Shown here piece by piece: positions 7,782 to 15,998 of a stretch of DNA of 24,000 nucleotides (position 1 is the first letter of the stretch; every line of letters starts with the position of its first letter). This DNA is from an uncultured Bacilli bacterium (GTDB taxonomy: Bacteria > Bacillota_I > Bacilli_A > ML615J-28 > CAG-313): assembly GCA_934098295.1 (NCBI GenBank), contig CAKONV010000001.1:247261-271260 (forward strand). The letters run 5' to 3'. Below the pieces are notes generated by a model. The model was not told the DNA's origin and did no database searches. It saw only the letters and a program-made list of their open reading frames with translations. Position numbers and translations under genes: made by a program.

Positions 7782-9336
7782 AGCAAATGAAGAATGACAT
7801 CATCATACCTAGCAAACCTAAGTATTTGCAGAAGTTGTCTGTGGTTCCGTATAGTAACCTATGTATTTAGCATACCTAGCAAACAATTGTTGCAACAATG
7901 CAATCATCTAGTTTGTATAGTAACCTATGTATTTAGCATACCTAGCAAACTAAGTTGTCATGTTATTCGTCATCGTCCTTAGTATAGTAACCTATGTATT
8001 TAGCATACCTAGCAAACTCATAGTATTCGTCTAGCCAATCGTCATATGTATAGTAACCTATGTATTTAGCATACCTAGCAAACGAAGAGTTGCACGAAGA
8101 GTGCATAAAAAAGTATAGTAACCTATGTATTTAGCATACCTAGCAAACCTTCTTGCTTGCCTGCTCCGCAAAAGGGCGGTATAGTAACCTATGTATTTAG
8201 CATACCTAGCAAACAGAAAAAGGCTTTATCAAGCAAAGGCTGAAGTATAGTAACCTATGTATTTAGCATACCTAGCAAACCAACTTAATTATTAAGCTAA
8301 TAATTGATGAGTATAGTAACCTATGTATTTAGCATACCTAGCAAACGCTTTTATGGTGCTTTCATCTAATTTTTTAGTATAGTAACCTATGTATTTAGCA
8401 TACCTAGCAAACGCAAAAATAATCATAGAAACGTAAGCAACAGTATAGTAACCTATGTATTTAGCATACCTAGCAAACCCAAGAAAATGGAATTGTAGCA
8501 AGTAGTAGGTATAGTAACCTATGTATTTAGCATACCTAGCAAACCTTTCTTCTTTTTACTTTTAAAAAAACATGTATAGTAACCTATGTATTTAGCATAC
8601 CTAGCAAACGTATACTGTAGTTGTCTTTGTTAAATAGGAGTATAGTAACCTATGTATTTAGCATACCTAGCAAACCTATTAGCATGTATTATTAAATAAC
8701 GATAAGTATAGTAACCTATGTATTTAGCATACCTAGCAAACAAGGGTCTTACTGTGTTCGATGAAAACACGTATAGTAACCTATGTATTTAGCATACCTA
8801 GCAAACAATCTTCTGCTTGTCTCTGATAAGCAGTATTGTATAGTAACCTATGTATTTAGCATACCTAGCAAACATGTAATTAATAAATCTAATGCTAGTG
8901 TTTGTATAGTAACCTATGTATTTAGCATACCTAGCAAACCGTTCTGCTTTTCCGCTTTCATATTCTCATGTATAGTAACCTATGTATTTAGCATACCTAG
9001 CAAACTAAAAAATCTTTTCATATACTATACTTTTAAGTATAGTAACCTATGTATTTAGCATACCTAGCAAACTTAATCCTGCTACTGGCATATTAGGCAT
9101 TAGTATAGTAACCTATGTATTTAGCATACCTAGCAAACTACAATTCGATAAACCGAAAAAGTATAAAAGTATAGTAACCTATGTATTTAGCATACCTAGC
9201 AAACGCTCAAAACAGTAAGACCCTTAGTAATAAGGTATAGTAACCTATGTATTTAGCATACCTAGCAAACCAATAAGCCCAAACCGGAAGAACATTAAAT
9301 GTATAGTAACCTATGTATTTAGCATACCTAGCAAAC
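7782..9336 (-). CRISPR. Type II-A CRISPR array with 23 identical 36-nt repeats, 1 degenerate terminal repeat and 23 spacers (29-31 nt)
   Basis: The plus-strand repeat is GTATAGTAACCTATGTATTTAGCATACCTAGCAAAC. In the transcribed sense it reads GTTTGCTAGGTATGCTAAATACATAGGTTACTATAC. Full repeats start at 7849, 7915, 7982, 8048, 8113, 8179, 8245, 8311, 8377, 8443, 8509, 8574, 8640, 8706, 8771, 8838, 8904, 8970, 9037, 9103, 9169, 9235 and 9301. All are identical by eye. The degenerate copy at 7782..7817 keeps only the 14 nt CATACCTAGCAAAC. I infer orientation from the GTTT... repeat start, the cas genes on the minus strand, and the degenerate repeat at the cas-distal end. Confidence 0.97.
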
Positions 9337-9375
9337 CTCAAAACCAATATTTGCGGTTTGCTAGTCCTATATGCT

Positions 9376-10020
9376 TTATAATTTATTCCAATCACTGTCA
9401 ACTGTTAAATAGCTAACAGATGTAGAAAAATTATTCAAATAAAAGTCTACTATACTGATTTGATGAATCGATAATTCATTTTGGAGAACCATCAATTCAT
9501 CGTTTGTTAAAATGTTTGTTAGTCCGAACGATATTACTATACTACAATTATTTAATTCACAATTATATTTTATATATGTCAATAAAAATTCTAAATAATT
9601 TTCTTTTTTTATATTTTTTACTTCAACCTGGTACAGTGCTAATAGTTTCGTTAAATCTATATTCTCGTTATACTCTATTGTACATTGTGTTTCTAATGAC
9701 ATTATTTCTATTATATCTAATATATCCTTCTCCAATGTTGAAATTTTATTTCTAAGTTTTTCACTTAAATGTGTTGAAAGTTTTTTATATAATAATTGTA
9801 AACTTTTTTTATCATTTAATTCTATATCTAATGGATGAATTATTTGAATGGTTTTATTCAAATAGTTTGCTGTCACATCATTTATACTAAATATTATTTC
9901 ATCATCAAAATTAAAAATAAATTCGCGATATTTTTTAACATCTAAAAATTTAATTGCTGTGTATGCTTTTTCAAGTACAATCAATTGATTTAATGGTTTT
10001 ACAAAGAATTTTACTATCAT
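9376..10020 (-). CDS. csn2: Csn2 (type II-A adaptation protein, short form)
   Basis: This 214-aa ORF overlaps the cas2 stop by 4 nt and ends 39 nt before the first repeat. Its position and size fit Csn2. I did not verify a diagnostic motif. Confidence 0.75.
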   Translation of the reverse strand: MIVKFFVKPLNQLIVLEKAYTAIKFLDVKKYREFIFNFDDEIIFSINDVTANYLNKTIQIIHPLDIELNDKKSLQLLYKKLSTHLSEKLRNKISTLEKDILDIIEIMSLETQCTIEYNENIDLTKLLALYQVEVKNIKKENYLEFLLTYIKYNCELNNCSIVISFGLTNILTNDELMVLQNELSIHQISIVDFYLNNFSTSVSYLTVDSDWNKL

Positions 10021-10337
10021 AAAATTATTAATCTTTCATCAGAATCTACTACATCTGTTGGATTCTCACCAACAATAATGCTTAATTGCGAAAATTGTTT
10101 TTCCGTAATATTCAAAATCATAATGCTACCTTTAGATGGTGATAATGCTTTAACTTTTTGTACAACTGAATGAGACATTTGAGAATCGATTGACATTTTC
10201 ACATATACTGATTCTTGAAGCATATAAAAGCCTAATTTTTTTATTTCTTTAACAAAATGTCTATAGTTTTGCCTTTCTTTATTTGTAACAGTAGGAAGAT
10301 CAAAAAACAAAAGTGACCGCATATATCTATAACTCAT
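10017..10337 (-). CDS. cas2: Cas2 endoribonuclease (adaptation)
   Basis: The 106-aa protein has the N-terminus MSYRYMRSLLFFDLPT..., which closely resembles streptococcal type II-A Cas2 as I remember it. It overlaps the cas1 stop. Confidence 0.9.
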   Translation of the reverse strand: MSYRYMRSLLFFDLPTVTNKERQNYRHFVKEIKKLGFYMLQESVYVKMSIDSQMSHSVVQKVKALSPSKGSIMILNITEKQFSQLSIIVGENPTDVVDSDERLIIL

Positions 10338-11208
10338 ACTCTATAAATTTCAAATTTTCAGCATTTTTTTCTTTCAATCTATTCATTATGTCAACTACAA
10401 ACAAGTGAATAGCGTTATCTAAAAATATTTTTTGATTGTTATACATTACCTCTTGGGATAACATTTTCACAAAGCCAACTTTATAATTTTCTAAATTTAC
10501 TTTATCTGTAATAACATAATAGTCAACTAATGGCCTCAAATGTTCAATTAAATCACACGATAAATTAAATGGATTCGACTCACCGATATGATGAATTCCC
10601 AATTCTGTCAAATAACCAAGCGATTTTACTTCTCTGTTAATTGATGAAAGTAATATCGAGTAACCATAATTCAAAAATGTATTAATACAATTAGATTGGT
10701 TTCTATTAAAGTCAGTACCAAACAATGCATTAAAATAAACTTTAGCACTATGGCCCTCCCTATTACTAATGTCATTTAATTTTACATCATTATAATAATT
10801 TATTAAAAGCTCATATTCCTCTTTCTTATTTAAATATAACAAATTTTTAGCTTGATTAAATATTTTTTTCTTTACTATTGCTTGCCAAATTTCATCCTGA
10901 TTATTAACAAAATCAATTTGTTCTTTAATTTTACGATAGGAATAAAAATTATTTTGATACGATACTAATTCACATTCTGGATTATACTTCTCATCACAAA
11001 AAATTAATTTTATCTTTTTCTTTGAGAGCATTGTTATAAGTGCCGTTGTTATTGCAACTTGATTAGATTGGATAACGATTGTTTTTATTTCATCTAAAAG
11101 AACCCTTTTTTCTTCATTTGCTTTTTTACATATTAAGTAGTTAAGTGAATATTCAAGTTTACATCTTTCAGAAATAATTACATTTCTAAATGGCATTCGG
11201 GACCTCAA
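10327..11208 (-). CDS. cas1: Cas1 integrase (type II)
   Basis: The 293-aa protein contains ...NREGHSAKVYFNALFGTDFNR...NYGYSILLS...HLRPLVD, which parallels type II-A Cas1. The true start may be the ATG at 11196 (MPFRNV...). The ORF overlaps the cas9 3' end. Confidence 0.9.
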   Translation of the reverse strand: MRSRMPFRNVIISERCKLEYSLNYLICKKANEEKRVLLDEIKTIVIQSNQVAITTALITMLSKKKIKLIFCDEKYNPECELVSYQNNFYSYRKIKEQIDFVNNQDEIWQAIVKKKIFNQAKNLLYLNKKEEYELLINYYNDVKLNDISNREGHSAKVYFNALFGTDFNRNQSNCINTFLNYGYSILLSSINREVKSLGYLTELGIHHIGESNPFNLSCDLIEHLRPLVDYYVITDKVNLENYKVGFVKMLSQEVMYNNQKIFLDNAIHLFVVDIMNRLKEKNAENLKFIEYEL

Positions 11209-14200
11209 ATATTAATTCTTCGAAATAACCAGTTATTGACTCAGCTATAAATTTCATTTTAGGTGTTAATTTTTTTGATAATAGTAAAATGCCAAAATTT
11301 TTTGACATATTAATTACTTCAAAATCTGCACTACTTCGCTCATTTGTTTTTAATAATTTCAAAATTTCATTTATAAATTTTATAATAGTAGTTAAATCAT
11401 ATTCAGCTTCAAAATCTATAAACTTTATTTTGTCACACAATGTTTCTATAACTGAAAATTTAAATATATCTTTACTATATAATTTTTTTATCTCTTCTAT
11501 TAGTTCTAGACATTCAAGTTTGGTTATTATTATAGGATTTGACATTTTATTGTTCTTCATTTTTTTGGCAGGAGCAATTTCGATTTCATTGTTTTTCTCT
11601 TCAAGATTTGTAAACTTTGATTTTTCAAAATATTTATCTATTTTTCTTATTGTAAATATTGCTTTTTTCGAAAAAAAGCGATCATTAGCATTTTGTAAAA
11701 GATATTGCTTTCCAGTTTTTCCAGTAATAATATATTTTAAATTTTGTTGTTTTACTACAACTTTTGTTGGAATTTGTTTTTTTATAATTTCATAACTTAT
11801 ATATTCAGTACTATATTTTTCACTAATATAGGCATCAATGTTATTCTTATACGGAGTAGGAATTGCCTCTAAATAATACAAGTTATTATTTTTCTTATCA
11901 ACCACTTTAACTATACAATAAAAACAATAAGAATAAGATTTAATACCGCCATATTTTTCTATGGTTAACTTTTTATCATTAGATTTAATTAATACTGAGC
12001 CTTCACCAGCTTTACTAATTGATGTTTTAGAGAACATTTCATTAGATGTGTAAGTCCTTGTAGTTTCATGTATATCATACTTATGATACAAATATTTTTC
12101 AATTTTTTTTGTATATTCTGCTATACCCCATACGTAATTTCCATTTTTATCAGTTATATTAGAAAATGTTAATATTCTCTGTGGATTTAATGTTTTTTTA
12201 TCGTTTTGCATTTTTAAAACATCATTACTATTGTATATATAATTCTTTTCATAATAACTATTTAATGCTCTTCCAATTACTACATTTAAATATGCATCAT
12301 GAGCATGATGAAAGTTGTTAGCTGTTCTAGTTTTTAAAAAGTTATGTTCATTTCTAAAATCTGATACATTTTCAGCCTTTGAATAAATTATATCAGAGTT
12401 TTTTACTTTCTTAAATGTTTTTAAAACTTGTATTAAACCTTTAACTGCTTGATTAGTTGCTACTAATTGTCTATTTACAAAGCCATCTAATGTATTTTCA
12501 CTAACATTTGTTTCTGTTAAACGACGATACTTTTCTTTCGTTATCAATTTATTGTCAACTAATAATTTGTAAAACTTTCTTTGTTTTTCTTTAACAATGT
12601 CTGTTTGACACAGGAAAAGATTGTTCTTTTTATTTTGATTTATATTTTTATCAACTAATACTCTATTGCTGATGGAGTCATCTTTAATAAGTGACCTAGG
12701 ATAAATGTGATCAATATCGTATAGATCACCATTATTTAAACTATCAAAATCAATATTATTCAAAGTATACATACATTTTCCAAGCTGTGTAAAATATAAA
12801 TAAATAACATCAATTTGTAATTTGTTCTGATTTTCTTCAAGTTTTTTTTGTAAATTACCAAGATCTATTTGATTACTTTTTAATTCTTCCTTTGAACATG
12901 CCGCATATAAATCTTTAATATGATTATATCTAGAGTTTGTGGCTTCCTTTTTAGCCTGATTAGTTCTCGCACATTCAATATAATACTTATCAATTGGACG
13001 TTTAAATATTCTTTCAATTTCTTCTATTATTTTATATGCTTGGACTAAAGGTCGCTTCATTATTGGTGATACATACAAGTTTTCATCAATATATTCCTTA
13101 AAGTCTAGTTGCATGTCATTTTTATTATCTATGTTGGAATTATATTTATCAATAGCTTCTTGATATTTGGAATTATTAGATAAAATCAACTCTTGAAGAT
13201 TCATGTTTGTGTTTCTCATTACATCAATAATTGAATCTGAAACTTCACCTGTTAATTCATTCTCATATGTTAATTCTAGTAAATTTCTACATATAGAGCC
13301 ATATCCTTTATAATTAAATCCCTTTATTTGTTTAACCATATCATCATTTAATTTATATACTTCTTTTAATCTTTTTTCTAATATTTTTTTATCCTCAAAA
13401 AGAGTTATATCCCTGATGATTTCTTCGATTTCATTATCCTTTTTCTTATCAAAATCTTCTTTATAAATTTCTTTAAAGTCAATCCAAGATGACATATTGC
13501 AAGTAATTTCTGGTAAATCATTGCACTCCTCACCAAAATTTGAACTAATAAATTCCTTTAATCTTTTTTTAGTTGGTGATTTATCCTTTAAAAAGAAATC
13601 ATTAAATATTTTATCTTTTGTATTTTTATCAATGTTTGAACCATTTATTTTAAGTTTATTTAAATATTGTAAACAAGTATATTCAGAAAATAGTAAAGAT
13701 TTTTTTGGCAAACAATAGTCATTAATTCCATGTAAATAAGTGCATTTATTCTGCATACGTTGTATAAATTTTTCGGCAGTTTTATCAATATCAATAACTT
13801 TTTCATAATTCCATGGTTTTATAGAATCTGATGTCCTTTCAACCCAACTAAATTTGCTGTTATTTGAAAGTGGGCCAACATAGTAAGGTAAATGATATGT
13901 AAATATTTTCTCGATTCGATCAATAGTTGTAAATTCATCTGTTGACTCTTTTAAAAACGGATAATATTTTGATTGTTTACTAAGTATGTCTTTTAGTTCA
14001 CTTAGATTTAACTGCATAGGAATTGATGTATTTTGACCATTATTTTGTCTTGGCATGTACTCATTATTATCAATTCTTTTCTTGATGTCTAAAATTATAT
14101 CTTGCACCTTTTCATCTTTTATGTTATCTAACAACCCTTTAATGTATTTTTCAAAAGTTTCTTTACTACAATGTTTAAATCTAATAGTTTTTCCTTCAGT

Positions 14201-15337
14201 TGAAAGTCTACCAACATATCCTACATAGTTATTTATTTTTTCATCGTATAATCTAAAACATTCATTATACTTTGATGGTAGATAATTTTTTATTAAAAGT
14301 TTTAGTTCTTTTAAATCTTTTTGATGAGTGTCATAAACTTTTATCATAGCATCACTAATTGATTGATTACATTCATTTGTTTTTTCGTTAAAACCTAATA
14401 ATTTTAACAAATAATAGTAATCAGCAATTGATTTCACTTCATCAACAAAATCAAAAATTTCAGAAAGTTCACTTATTGTTTTTTTCGCTTCTTCTACAGC
14501 CGTTTCATATTCATCACTACTAAAATCAATGTCTTTTACTTGATAATCTTCTTCTTTTACTAAACTATATTTTTTTGGCGAAGTTTTGCCATAAACTAAT
14601 AAATTAACAAAAAATTGTGCTGCTAATGTTGATTTTTTAATATCCATTAATGTCAAAAGATCTGATTCTTTTTCTTTTTTCGAATTTTTTGCAATCATAA
14701 TTTCTTGCAATTTTACATAGAAGTTAGCCTTTTCAGTATTTATTTTTTCAAAATACTCTACATCGTCTTCATTTTTATTTGACAATTCATCCAATATATT
14801 ATTAAATTCATCTATTTTTGTAGCAATTACGTTAATATCAGTTGGATTAAATGTTTCATTTTCATTTAAAAAATGGCCACGATATTTAATAATATGATGA
14901 ATTGCTAAATACAACATTCTTATATCAGCCTTTTCATCTGTTTCTATAAGATGTTTTCGTAAATGGTATATTGTTGGATATTTCTCAAAATACTTTTGAT
15001 CAGTCATAAAATCATCAAAAAAAGTATAATGATTTTGAATGCTTTTATCCTCAATTTTATAGAACGAATCATTAATTCTTTGAAAAAAGTTAGCATCTAC
15101 TTTATTAATTTCATCTCTAAATTCATTTTGAAGTAATTCAATTCTTTGTTTTCTTCTTCTTAATCTTCTTCTTGAGCAACGATTAGTTCTTCTTTCTGAG
15201 GCAGCCTTAGATTCATCGAACATTCTAACTCCCCAAAATCTAAAACCATTCTTTTTTATAACCTCACCATTTTCATCAACTAGTGCCCAGCCTACTGAGT
15301 TGGTACCAATGTCTAATCCTAGATTTAATTCTTTCAT
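11186..15337 (-). CDS. cas9: Cas9 (type II-A), catalytic motifs intact
   Basis: The 1383-aa protein has RuvC-I (GLDIGTNSVGWA, Asp9), an Arg-rich bridge helix (RRTNRCSRRRLRRRKQR), an HNH motif (YDIDHIYPRS...SNRVLV) and RuvC-III (HHAHDAYLN). An AGGA RBS lies upstream of the ATG. Confidence 0.97.
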   Translation of the reverse strand: MKELNLGLDIGTNSVGWALVDENGEVIKKNGFRFWGVRMFDESKAASERRTNRCSRRRLRRRKQRIELLQNEFRDEINKVDANFFQRINDSFYKIEDKSIQNHYTFFDDFMTDQKYFEKYPTIYHLRKHLIETDEKADIRMLYLAIHHIIKYRGHFLNENETFNPTDINVIATKIDEFNNILDELSNKNEDDVEYFEKINTEKANFYVKLQEIMIAKNSKKEKESDLLTLMDIKKSTLAAQFFVNLLVYGKTSPKKYSLVKEEDYQVKDIDFSSDEYETAVEEAKKTISELSEIFDFVDEVKSIADYYYLLKLLGFNEKTNECNQSISDAMIKVYDTHQKDLKELKLLIKNYLPSKYNECFRLYDEKINNYVGYVGRLSTEGKTIRFKHCSKETFEKYIKGLLDNIKDEKVQDIILDIKKRIDNNEYMPRQNNGQNTSIPMQLNLSELKDILSKQSKYYPFLKESTDEFTTIDRIEKIFTYHLPYYVGPLSNNSKFSWVERTSDSIKPWNYEKVIDIDKTAEKFIQRMQNKCTYLHGINDYCLPKKSLLFSEYTCLQYLNKLKINGSNIDKNTKDKIFNDFFLKDKSPTKKRLKEFISSNFGEECNDLPEITCNMSSWIDFKEIYKEDFDKKKDNEIEEIIRDITLFEDKKILEKRLKEVYKLNDDMVKQIKGFNYKGYGSICRNLLELTYENELTGEVSDSIIDVMRNTNMNLQELILSNNSKYQEAIDKYNSNIDNKNDMQLDFKEYIDENLYVSPIMKRPLVQAYKIIEEIERIFKRPIDKYYIECARTNQAKKEATNSRYNHIKDLYAACSKEELKSNQIDLGNLQKKLEENQNKLQIDVIYLYFTQLGKCMYTLNNIDFDSLNNGDLYDIDHIYPRSLIKDDSISNRVLVDKNINQNKKNNLFLCQTDIVKEKQRKFYKLLVDNKLITKEKYRRLTETNVSENTLDGFVNRQLVATNQAVKGLIQVLKTFKKVKNSDIIYSKAENVSDFRNEHNFLKTRTANNFHHAHDAYLNVVIGRALNSYYEKNYIYNSNDVLKMQNDKKTLNPQRILTFSNITDKNGNYVWGIAEYTKKIEKYLYHKYDIHETTRTYTSNEMFSKTSISKAGEGSVLIKSNDKKLTIEKYGGIKSYSYCFYCIVKVVDKKNNNLYYLEAIPTPYKNNIDAYISEKYSTEYISYEIIKKQIPTKVVVKQQNLKYIITGKTGKQYLLQNANDRFFSKKAIFTIRKIDKYFEKSKFTNLEEKNNEIEIAPAKKMKNNKMSNPIIITKLECLELIEEIKKLYSKDIFKFSVIETLCDKIKFIDFEAEYDLTTIIKFINEILKLLKTNERSSADFEVINMSKNFGILLLSKKLTPKMKFIAESITGYFEELIFEVPNAI

Positions 15338-15380
15338 CTTTATCCCATCCTTTTCTCATTTTATTGATTAATCATTTTTC

Positions 15381-15408
15381 TTGACATAATTTTTTATTTT
15401 GATATACT
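15381..15408 (+). promoter_or_regulatory. Sigma-A promoter for the tracrRNA
   Basis: TTGACA (15381..15386) is followed by a 16-nt spacer and TATACT (15403..15408). The anti-repeat begins about 5 nt later. Confidence 0.55.
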
Positions 15409-15411
15409 ATT

Positions 15412-15489
15412 AGTGTATTTAGCATACCGAGTGCAAATAAGCATTATATGCGAAACTACATGGAGCCTGGTTGTCAGGCTATTTTTTTT
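15412..15489 (+). ncRNA. tracrRNA (about 75-78 nt), divergent from cas9
   Basis: Positions 15414..15428 (TGTATTTAGCATACC) are identical to plus-strand repeat positions 14-28, so they are complementary to the crRNA repeat. The match continues as GAG-TG-CAAAT against the repeat's TAG-CAAAC, giving a 2-nt bulge and a 6-bp lower stem. A nexus-like hairpin GCAT-tat-ATGC follows (15441..15451). The terminator AGCCTG-gttgt-CAGGCT (15464..15480) plus T8 (15482..15489) closes it. Confidence 0.8.
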
Positions 15490-15998
15490 GCTCTTTTTTT
15501 GGATTTTGCTTTTCTAGTAAGCACACATTCTAAACTTACATGAAAATTTTTTTGAATATATTCTTCATCATAATCTATATACTCAGTTGGTATTAAAATT
15601 TGTCCTGCAAATTCGTTAGCTTGCCAATCAATATCTTCATAAGATTTGCAATTTTCAACTTCTTCAAATTCAAACTTTAATAATTGCGATTGAACATAGT
15701 GAAAAAACTCATGACACAATGTAAATGTTGATCTATATATTCCATCTTCATATTCTGCAATAACTGACTCTTTTATGTATATAAAATTTTCATTAGGTTT
15801 ATAAATTGCTAAAGTGTTATTATCTAACATATCCGTATTATCATCTACTATTTGGTATGAAAGATACTTTTCCTCAAATAACTTATCAATAATTTCTAAG
15901 ACGGGAAAATACTCGTCTTTTTTTATTTGATAATGTTCACGAAACGCCATAGCAAGTTTTTCAATATCTTTTACGCTCAAAGGATTAGTCTTGATCAT
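15474..15998 (-). CDS. ImmA/IrrE-family (COG2856, peptidase M78) zinc metallopeptidase
   Basis: The 174-aa protein has an HEFFH (HExxH) motif at residues 96-100. Its start overlaps the stop of the upstream XRE gene by 14 nt, which is the classic ImmR/ImmA-type pairing. Confidence 0.8.
   Translation of the reverse strand: MIKTNPLSVKDIEKLAMAFREHYQIKKDEYFPVLEIIDKLFEEKYLSYQIVDDNTDMLDNNTLAIYKPNENFIYIKESVIAEYEDGIYRSTFTLCHEFFHYVQSQLLKFEFEEVENCKSYEDIDWQANEFAGQILIPTEYIDYDEEYIQKNFHVSLECVLTRKAKSKKRAKKIA

Noticed and set aside
7794-9401. Track ORFs inside the array: 7794..7982 (+), 8292..8501 (-), 8783..9058 (+) and 9207..9401 (-).
   Set aside because: Their translations repeat the same peptide (for example IVTYVFSIPSK or FARYAKYIGYYT) once per CRISPR repeat. 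They are artefacts of reading through the repeat-spacer array.
11289-13718. ORFs antisense to cas9: 11289..11795 and 13497..13718.
   Set aside because: They lie entirely inside the well-supported cas9 frame. Their composition is low-complexity and rich in F, I, L, K and S, as expected from the antisense of AT-rich coding DNA. They have no RBS or recognisable motif.
15338-15410. A long-form tracrRNA promoter or a dedicated cas9 promoter in the cas9-tracrRNA intergenic region: TTGATT at 15364..15369 with TAATTT on the plus strand, and TAAAAT with a poor -35 on the minus strand.
   Set aside because: The hexamers match the consensus in only about 3 of 6 positions, and some have wrong spacing. 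I cannot distinguish them from AT-rich background without transcript mapping.
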